Assembly: GCA_964035545.1 (NCBI GenBank)
Contig: OZ037767.1
Span: 445,680 to 509,679 of the forward strand
Length of the DNA stretch: 64,000 bases
Source of the DNA: Bugula neritina
Taxonomy: Eukaryota; Animalia; Bryozoa
Reading direction: 5' to 3'
In this document: positions 51,685-64,000 of the stretch, in pieces
How positions within the stretch are numbered: the stretch's first letter is position 1
Layout: each line of letters begins with the position of its first letter
Program-made: the position numbers and the translations under genes
Notes under the pieces: model-generated
What the model was told of the DNA's origin: nothing
The model's input: the letters and a program-made list of their open reading frames with translations, nothing else
Databases searched by the model: none

Positions 51685-54600
51685 AACTACAGTGTATATT
51701 ACTATGATATTACTATATTGTATATTACTATGATATTACTACAGAGTATATTACTATTATATTACTACAGTGTATATTACTATGATATTACTACAGTGTA
51801 TATTACTATGATATTACTACAGTGTATATTACTATTATATTACTATAGTGTATATTACTATTATATTACTACAGTGTATATTACTATTATATTACTATAG
51901 TGTATATTACTATTATATTACTACAGTGTATATTACTATGATATTACTACAGTGTATATTACTATGATATTACTACAGTGTATATTACTATGATATTACT
52001 ACAGTGTATATTACTATTATATTACTACAGTGTATATTACTATTATATTACTACAGTGTATATTACTATGATATTACTACAGTGTATATTACTATGATAT
52101 TACTACAGTGTATATTAGTATTATATTACTACAGTGTATATTACTATGATATTACTATAGTGTATATTACTATTATATTACTACAGTGTATATTACTATT
52201 ATATTACAACAGTGTATATTACTATGATATTACTATAGTGTATATTACTATTATATTACTATATTGTATATTACTATTATATTACTATAGTGTATATTAC
52301 TATTATATTACTACAGTGTATATTACTATTATATTACTACAGTGTATATTACTATTATATTACTACAGTGTATATTACTATGATATTACTATAGTGTATA
52401 TTACTATTATATTACAACAGTGTATATTACTATGATATTACTATAGTGTATATTACTATTATATTACTATATTGTATATTACTATTATATTACTATAGTG
52501 TATATTACTATTATATTACTACAGTGTATATTACTATTATATTACTACAGTGTATATTACTATGATATTACTACAGTGTATATTACTATTGTATTACTAT
52601 AGTGTATATTACTATTATATTACTACAGTGTATATTACTATTATATTACTACAGTGTATATTACTATTATATTACTACAGTGTATATTACTATTATATTA
52701 CTACAGTGTATATTACTATTATATTACTATAGTGTATATTACTATTGTATTACTACAGTGTATATTACTATTATATTACTACAGTGTATATTACTATTAT
52801 ATTACTATATTGTATATTACTATTATATTACTATAGTGTATATTACTATTATATTACTACAGTGTATATTACTATTATATTACTACAGTGTATATTACTA
52901 TTATATTACTACAGTGTATATTACTATTATATTACTATAGTGTATATTACTATTGTATTACTACAGTGTATATTACTATTATATTACTACAGTGTATATT
53001 ACTATTATATTACTATATTGTATATTACTATTATATTACTATAGTGTATATTACTATTATATTACTACAGTGTATATTACTATTATATTACTACAGTGTA
53101 TATTACTATTATATTACTACAGTGTATATTACTATTATATTACTACAGTGTATATTACTATTATATTACTACAGTGTATATTACTATTATATTACTATAG
53201 TGTATATTACTATATATAACTATAGTGTATATTACTATTATATTACTATAGTGTATATTACTATGATATTACTATAGTGTATATTACTATTATATTACTA
53301 CAGTGTATATTACTATTATATTACTATATTGTATATTACTATTATATTACTATAGTGTATATTACTATTATATTACTACAGTGTATATTACTATTATATT
53401 ACTACAGTGTATATTACTATTATATTACTACAGTGTATATTACTATTGTATTACTATAGTGTATATTACTATGATATTACTACAGTGTATATTACTATTA
53501 TATTACTATAGTGTATATTACTATTATATTACTATAGTGTATATTACTATTATATTACTACAGTGTATATTACTATGATATTACTACAGTGTATATTACT
53601 ATTATATTACTATATTGTATATTACTATTATATTACTATAGTGTATATTACTATTATATTACTACAGTGTATATTACTATTATATTACTACAGTGTATAT
53701 TACTATTATATTACTACAGTGTATATTACTATTATATTACTACAGTGTATATTACTATTATATTACTACAGTGTATATTACTATTATATTACTACAGTGT
53801 ATATTAGTATTATATTACTATAGTGTATATTACTATTATATTACTACAGTGTATATTACTATTGTATTACTACAGTGTATATTACTATTGTATTACTACA
53901 GTGTATATTACTATGATATTACTATAGTGTATATTACTATTATATTACTACAGTGTATATTACTATTATATTACTATAGTGTATATTACTATTATATTAC
54001 TATAGTGTATATTACTATTATATTACTACAGTGTATATTACTATTATATTACTACAGTGTATATTACTATTATATTACTACAGTGTATATTACTATTATA
54101 TTACTACAGTGTATATTACTATTATATTACTATATTGTATATTACTATTATATTACTACAGTGTATATTACTATGATATTACTACAGTGTATATTACTAT
54201 GATATTACTACAGTGTATATTACTATTATATTACTATAGTGTATATTACTATTATATTACTATAGTGTATATTACTATATATAACTATAGTGTATATTAC
54301 TATTATATTACTACAGTGTATATTACTATTATATTACTACAGTGTATATTACTATTATATTACTACAGTGTATATTACTATTATATTACTATAGTGTATA
54401 TTACTATTATATTACTACAGTGTATATTACTATGATATTACTACAGTGTATATTACTATGATATTACTACAGTGTATATTACTATTATATTACTACAGTG
54501 TATATTACTATATATAACTATACAGTGTATATTACTATGATATTACTATAGTGTATATTACTATGATATTACTACAGTGTATATTACTATTATATTACAA

Positions 54601-57600
54601 CAGTGTATATTACTATTATATTACTATAGTGTATATTACTATTATATTACAACAGTGTATATTACTATTATATTACTACAGTGTATATTACTATGATATT
54701 ACTACAGTGTATATTACTATGATATTACTACAGTGTATATTACTATTATATTACTACAGTGTATATTACTATTATATTACTACAGTGTATATTACTATTA
54801 TATTACTACAGTGTATATTACTATTGTATTACTACAGTGTATATTACTATTATATTACTATAGTGTATATTACTATTATATTACTATAGTATATATTACT
54901 ATTATATTACTACAGTGTATATTACTATTATATTACTACAGTGTATATTACTATTATATTACTACAGTGTATATTACTATGATATTACTACAGTGTATAT
55001 TACTATTATATTACTATAGTGTATATTACTATTATATTACTATAGTGTATATTACTATTATATTACTACAGTGTATATTACTATTATATTACAACAGTGT
55101 ATATTACTATGATATTACTACAGTGTATATTACTATTATATTACTACAGTGTATATTACTATGATATTACTACAGTGTGTATTACTATGATATTACTACA
55201 GTGTATATTACTATTATATTACTACAGTGTATATTACTATTATATTACTATAGTGTATATTACTATATATAACTATAGTGTATATTACTATGATATTACT
55301 ACAGTGTATATTACTATTGTATTACTACAGTGTATATTACTATTATATTACTACAGTGTATATTACTATTATATTACTATAGTGTATATTACTATTATAT
55401 TACTATAGTATATATTACTATTATATTACTACAGTGTATATTACTATTATATTACTACAGTGTATATTACTATTATATTACTACAGTGTATATTACTATT
55501 ATATTACTACAGTGTATATTACTATTATATTACTACAGTGTATATTACTATTGTATTACTACAGTGTATATTACTATTATATAACTACAGTGTATATTAC
55601 TATTATATTACTACAGTGTATATTACTATTATATTACTACAGTGTATATTAGTATTATATTACTATAGTGTATATTACTATTATATTACTACAGTGTATA
55701 TTACTATTATATTACTACAGTGTATATTACTATTGTATTACTACAGTGTATATTACTATTATATTACTACAGTGTATATTACTATTATATTACTACAGTG
55801 TATATTACTATGATATTACTATAGTGTATATTACTATTATATTACTACAGTGTATATTACTATTATATTACTATAGTGTATATTACTATTATATTACTAC
55901 AGTGTATATTACTATTGTATTACTACAGTGTATATTACTATATATAACTATACAGTGTATATTACTATGATATTACTACAGTGTATATTACTATGATATT
56001 ACTACAGTGTATATTACTATGATATTACTACAGTGTATATTACTATTATATTACTATAGTGTATATTACTAATATATTACTACAGTGTATATTACTATTA
56101 TATTACTATAGTGTATATTACTATGATATTACTACAGTGTATATTACTATTATATTACTATATTGTATATTACTATTATATTACTACAGTGTATATTACT
56201 ATGATATTACTATAGTGTATATTACTATTATATTACTACAGTGTATATTACTATGATATTACTACAGTGTATATTACTATTATATTACTACATTGTATAT
56301 TACTATTATATTACTACAGTGTATATTACTATTATATTACTACAGAGTATATTACTATTATATTACTATAGTGTATATTACTATTATATTACTACAGTGT
56401 ATATTACTATGATATTACTACAGTGTATATTACTATGATATTACTATAGTGTATATTACTATTATATTACTACAGTGTATATTACTATATATAACTATAC
56501 AGTGTATATTACTATGATATTACTACAGTGTATATTACTATTATATTACTACAGTGTATATTACTATTATATTACTATATTGTATATTACTATTATATTA
56601 CTACAGTGTATATTACTATTGTATTACTATAGTGTATATTACTATTATATTACTACAGTGTATATTACTATGATATTACTACAGTGTATATTACTATTAT
56701 ATTACTACAGAGTATATTACTATTATATTACTACAGAGTATATTACTATTATATTACTACAGTGTATATTACTATTATATTACTACAGTGTATATTACTA
56801 TTATATTACTACAGTGTATATTACTATATATAACTATACAGTGTATATTACTATGATATTACTACAGTGTATATTACTATGATATTACTACAGTGTATAT
56901 TACTATTATATTACTATAGTGTATATTACTATTATATTACTATAGTGTATATTACTATATATAACTATAGTGTATATTACTATGATATTACTACAGTGTA
57001 TATTACTATGATATTACTACAGTGTATATTACTATATATAACTATAGTGTATATTACTATGATATTACTACAGTGTATATTACTATTATATTACTACAGT
57101 GTATATTACTATTATATTACTACAGTGTATATTACTATTATATTACTACAGTGTATATTACTATTATATTACTACAGTGTATATTACTATGATATTACTA
57201 TAGTGTATATTACTATTATATTACTACAGTGTATATTACTATTATATTACTACAGCGTATATTACTATATATAACTATACAGTGTATATTACTATGATAT
57301 TACTACAGTGTATATTACTATGATATTACTACAGTGTATATTACTATTATATTACTACAGTGTATATTACTATATATAACTATACAGTGTATATTACTAT
57401 GATATTACTACAGTGTATATTACTATTGTATTACTATAGTGTATATTACTATGATATTACTACAGTGTGTATTACTATGATATTACTACAGTGTATATTA
57501 CTATGATATTACTACAGTGTATATTACTATGATATTACTACAGTGTGTATTACTATGATATTACTATACAGTGTATATTACTATTATATTACTACAGTGT

Positions 57601-60600
57601 GTATTACTATTATATTACTACAGTGTGTATTACTATGATATTACTACAGTGTATATTACTATTATATTACTACAGCGTATATTACTATATATAACTATAC
57701 AGTGTATATTACTATGATATTACTACAGTGTATATTACTATTATATTACTACAGTATATATTACTATGATATTACTACAGTGTATATTACTATTATATTA
57801 CTATAGTGTATATTACTATGATATTACTACAGTATATATTACTATTATATTACTATATTGTATATTACTATTATATTACTACAGTGTATATTACTATTAT
57901 ATTACTATAGTGTATATTACTATGATATTACTACAGTGTATATTACTATGATATAACTACAGTGTATATTACTATGATATTACTATAGTGTATATTACTA
58001 TGATATTACTATATTGTATATTACTATTATATTACTACAGTGTATATTACTATATATTACTACAGTGTATATTACTATTATATTACTATAGTGTATATTA
58101 CTATGATATTACTACAGTGTATATTACTATTATATTACTATATTGTATATTACTATTATATTACTACAGTGTATATTACTATGATATTACTATAGTGTAT
58201 ATTACTATTATATTACTACAGTGTATATTACTATTATATTACTACAGTGTATATTACTATGATATTACTATAGTGTATATTACTATTATATTACTATAGT
58301 GTATATTACTATGATATTACTACAGTGTATATTACTATTATATTACTATATTGTATATTACTATTATATTACTACAGTGTATATTACTATGATATAACTA
58401 TACAGTGTATATTACTATTATATTACTACAGTGTATATTACTATTATATTACTACAGTGTATATTACTATTATATTACTATATTGTATATTACTATTATA
58501 TTACTATATTGTATATTACTATGATATTACTACAGTGTATATTACTATGATATTACTATATTGTATATTACTATTATATTACTACAGTGTATATTACTAT
58601 GATATTACTACAGTGTATATTACTATGATATTACTACAGTGTATATTACTATGATATTACTACAGTGTATATTACTATGATATTACTACAGTGTGTATTA
58701 CTATTATATTACTACAGTGTATATTACTATTATATTACTACAGTGTATATTACTATATATAACTATAGTGTATATTACTATGATATTACTACAGTGTATA
58801 TTACTATGATATTACTACAGTGTATATTACTATTATATTACTATAGTGTATATTACTATGATATTACTACAGTGTATATTACTATGATATTACTATAGTG
58901 TATATTACTATTATATAACTACAGTGTATATTACTATTATATTACTACAGTGTATATTACTATTATATTACTACAGTGTATATTAGTATTATATTACTAT
59001 AGTGTATATTACTATTATATTACTACAGTGTATATTACTATTATATTACTACAGTGTATATTACTATTATATTACTATAGTGTATATTACTATTATATTA
59101 CTATAGTGTATATTACTATTATATTACTACAGTGTATATTACTATTATATTACTACAGTGTATATTACTATTATATTACTACAGTGTATATTACTATGAT
59201 ATTACTATAGTGTATATTACTATTATATTACTATATTGTATATTACTATGATATTACTATAGTGTATATTACTATTATATTACTACAGTGTATATTACTA
59301 TTATATTACTATAGTGTATATTACTATTATATTACTACAGTGTATATTACTATTATATTACTACAGTGTATATTACTATGATATTACTACAGTGTATATT
59401 ACTATTGTATTACTACAGTGTATATTACTATATATAACTATACAGTGTATATTACTATGATATTACTACAGTGTATATTACTATGATATTACTACAGTGT
59501 ATATTACTATGATATTACTACAGTGTATATTACTATTATATTACTATAGTGTATATTACTATTATATTACTACAGTGTATATTACTATTATATTACTATA
59601 GTGTATATTACTATGATATTACTACAGTGTATATTACTATTATATTACTATATTGTATATTACTATTATATTACTACAGTGTATATTACTATGATATTAC
59701 TATAGTGTATATTACTATTATATTACTACAGTGTATATTACTATTATATTACTATAGTGTATATTACTATTATATTACTACAGTGTATATTACTATTATA
59801 TTACTACAGTGTATATTACTATTATATTACTACAGTGTATATTACTATGATATTACTATAGTGTATATTACTATTATATTACTACAGTGTATATTACTAT
59901 ATATAACTATACAGTGTATATTACTATGATATTACTACAGTGTATATTACTATTATATTACTACAGTGTATATTACTATTATATTACTATATTGTATATT
60001 ACTATTATATTACTACAGTGTATATTACTATTGTATTACTATAGTGTATATTACTATTATATTACTACAGTGTATATTACTATGATATTACTACAGTGTA
60101 TATTACTATTATATTACTACAGAGTATATTACTATTATATTACTACAGAGTATATTACTATTATATTACTACAGTGTATATTACTATGATATTACTACAG
60201 TGTATATTACTATGATATTACTACAGTGTATATTACTATTATATTACTACAGTGTATATTACTATTATATTACTATAGTGTATATTACTATATATAACTA
60301 TAGTGTATATTACTATGATATTACTACAGTGTATATTACTATTATATTACTACAGTGTATATTACTATTATATTACTACAGTGTATATTACTATATATAA
60401 CTATACAGTGTATATTACTATGATATTACTACAGTGTATATTACTATTATATTACTACAGTGTATATTACTATTATATTACTACAGTGTATATTACTATG
60501 ATATTACTACAGTGTATATTACTATTATATTACTATAGTGTATATTACTATTATATTACTACAGTGTATATTACTATTATATTACTATAGTGTATATTAC

Positions 60601-63600
60601 TATGATATTACTACAGTGTATATTACTATTATATTACTATATTGTATATTACTATTATATTACTACAGTGTATATTACTATGATATTACTATAGTGTATA
60701 TTACTATTATATTACTACAGTGTATATTACTATTATATTACTATAGTGTATATTACTATTATATTACTACAGTGTATATTACTATTATATTACTACAGTG
60801 TATATTACTATTATATTACTACAGTGTATATTACTATGATATTACTATAGTGTATATTACTATTATATTACTACAGTGTATATTACTATATATAACTATA
60901 CAGTGTATATTACTATGATATTACTACAGTGTATATTACTATTATATTACTACAGTGTATATTACTATTATATTACTATATTGTATATTACTATTATATT
61001 ACTACAGTGTATATTACTATTGTATTACTATAGTGTATATTACTATTATATTACTACAGTGTATATTACTATGATATTACTACAGTGTATATTACTATTA
61101 TATTACTACAGAGTATATTACTATTATATTACTACAGAGTATATTACTATTATATTACTACAGTGTATATTACTATGATATTACTACAGTGTATATTACT
61201 ATGATATTACTACAGTGTATATTACTATTATATTACTACAGTGTATATTACTATTATATTACTATAGTGTATATTACTATATATAACTATAGTGTATATT
61301 ACTATGATATTACTACAGTGTATATTACTATTATATTACTACAGTGTATATTACTATTATATTACTACAGTGTATATTACTATATATAACTATACAGTGT
61401 ATATTACTATGATATTACTACAGTGTATATTACTATTATATTACTACAGTGTATATTACTATTATATTACTACAGTGTATATTACTATTATATTACTATA
61501 GTGTATATTACTATGATATTACTACAGTGTATATTACTATTATATTACTACAGTGTATATTACTATTATATTACTACAGTGTATATTACTATTATATTAC
61601 TATAGTGTATATTACTATGATATTACTATAGTGTATATTACTATGATATTACTACAGTGTATATTACTATTATATTACTACAGTGTATATTACTATGATA
61701 TTACTATAGTGTATATTACTATTATATTACTACAGTGTATATTACTATTATATTACTACAGTGTATATTACTATTATATTACTACAGTGTATATTACTAT
61801 ATATAACTATACAGTGTATATTACTATGATATTACTACAGTGTATATTACTATGATATTACTACAGTGTATATTACTATTATATTACTACAGTGTATATT
61901 ACTATATATAACTATACAGTGTATATTACTATGATATTACTACAGTGTATATTACTATTGTATTACTATAGTGTATATTACTATGATATTACTACAGTGT
62001 GTATTACTATGATATTACTACAGTGTATATTACTATGATATTACTACAGTGTATATTACTATGATATTACTACAGTGTGTATTACTATGATATTACTACA
62101 GTGTATATTACTATTATATTACTACAGCGTATATTACTATATATAACTATACAGTGTATATTACTATGATATTACTACAGTGTATATTACTATTATATTA
62201 CTACAGTATATATTACTATGATATTACTACAGTGTATATTACTATTATATTACTATAGTGTATATTACTATGATATTACTACAGTGTATATTACTATTAT
62301 ATTACTACAGTGTATATTAGTATTATATTACTACAGTGTATATTACTATTACATTACTATATTGTATATTACTATGATATTACTACAGTATATATTACTA
62401 TTATATTACTATATTGTATATTACTATTATATTACTACAGTGTATATTACTATTGTATTACTATAGTGTATATTACTATGATATTACTACAGTGTATATT
62501 ACTATTATATTACTACAGAGTATATTACTATTATATTACTACAGTGTATATTACTATGATATTACTACAGTGTATATTACTATTATATTACTATAGTGTA
62601 TATTACTATATATAACTATAGTGTATATTACTATGATATTACTACAGTGTATATTACTATTATATTACTACAGTGTATATTACTATTATATTACTACAGT
62701 GTATATTACTATTATATTACTACAGTGTATATTACTATTATATTACTACAGTGTATATTACTATTATATTACTACAGTGTATATTACTATTATATTACTA
62801 CAGTGTATATTACTATATATAACTATACAGTGTATATTACTATGATATTACTACAGTGTATATTACTATTGTATTACTATAGTGTATATTACTATGATAT
62901 TACTACAGTGTGTATTACTATGATATTACTACAGTGTATATTACTATGATATTACTACAGTGTATATTACTATGATATTACTACAGTGTGTATTACTATG
63001 ATATTACTACAGTGTGTATTACTATTATATTACTACAGTGTGTATTACTATGATATTACTACAGTGTATATTACTATTATATTACTACAGCGTATATTAC
63101 TATATATAACTATACAGTGTATATTACTATGATATTACTACAGTGTATATTACTATGATATTACTACAGTGTATATTACTATTATATTACTACAGCGTAT
63201 ATTACTATATATAACTATACAGTGTATATTACTATGATATTACTACAGTGTATATTACTATGATATTACTACAGTGTATATTACTATTATATTACTACAG
63301 CGTATATTACTATATATAACTATACAGTGTATATTACTATGATATTACTACAGTGTATATTACTATGATATTACTACAGTGTATATTACTATTGTATTAC
63401 TACAGTGTATATTACTATTATATTACTACAGTGTATATTACTATTATATTACTACAGCGTATATTACTATATATAACTATACAGTGTATATTACTATGAT
63501 ATTACTACAGTGTATATTACTATTATATTACTACAGTGTATATTACTATGATATTACTACAGTGTATATTACTATGATATTACTACAGTATATATTACTA

Positions 63601-64000
63601 TTATATTACTACAGTGTATATTACTATGATATTACTACAGTGTATATTACTATTATATTACTATAGTGTATATTACTATTATATTACTACAGTGTATATT
63701 ACTATTATATTACTACAGTGTATATTACTATTATATTACTACAGTGTATATTACTATTGTATTACTACAGTGTATATTACTATTATATTACTACAGTGTA
63801 TATTACTATTGTATTACTATAGTGTATATTACTATTATATTACTACAGTGTATATTACTATGATATTACTACAGTGTATATTACTATTATATTACTACAG
63901 AGTATATTACTATTATATTACTACAGTGTATATTACTATGATATTACTACAGTGTATATTACTATTATATTACTACAGTGTATATTACTATATATAACTA
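51685..64000. repeat. Large 26-bp AT-rich satellite array (>12.3 kb, runs off window end)
   Basis: Unit TATATTACTAT-TATATTACTACAGTG (11+15-bp subrepeats sharing TATATTACTA) with recurrent point variants; all ORFs here are repeat translations. Confidence 0.98.

Noticed and set aside
51685-64000. Dozens of Y/I/L-rich ORFs
   Set aside because: Translations of the 26-bp satellite; no coding complexity.

Overview
Eukaryotic (metazoan invertebrate-type) genomic DNA with short GT-AG introns, most of which carry their own minisatellite. Five protein-coding genes were traced by hand: CFAP61 (minus strand, 21 coding exons in the window, 3' end runs off the left edge), an intronless rhodopsin-class neuropeptide-receptor-like GPCR nested antisense in CFAP61 intron 8, the complete bifunctional glutamyl-prolyl-tRNA synthetase EPRS (plus, 27 exons, 3 WHEP repeats, head-to-head with CFAP61), a DENND1/connecdenn gene (plus, with candidate microexons) and cysteine dioxygenase CDO1 (minus). 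The last 12.3 kb is a 26-bp AT-rich satellite with higher-order duplications. A hAT-type MITE with an 8-bp TSD and a tRNA-derived SINE lie in CFAP61 introns. Headline observation: EPRS intron 16 contains a ~590-nt sense-strand element with the P1/P2/P3/P4 pseudoknot architecture and CR-I motif of nuclear RNase P RNA, but enlarged and with substituted core nucleotides. A second ~530-nt element with the same topology lies in EPRS intron 13, and weaker candidates lie in EPRS intron 1, CFAP61 intron 3 and near 50 kb. This suggests a dispersed family of intron-hosted RNase P-fold RNAs. All folds were derived by eye and need covariance-model confirmation. Second theme: many intronic minisatellites duplicate the splice site itself, creating arrays of decoy donors or acceptors, several followed by in-frame stops.
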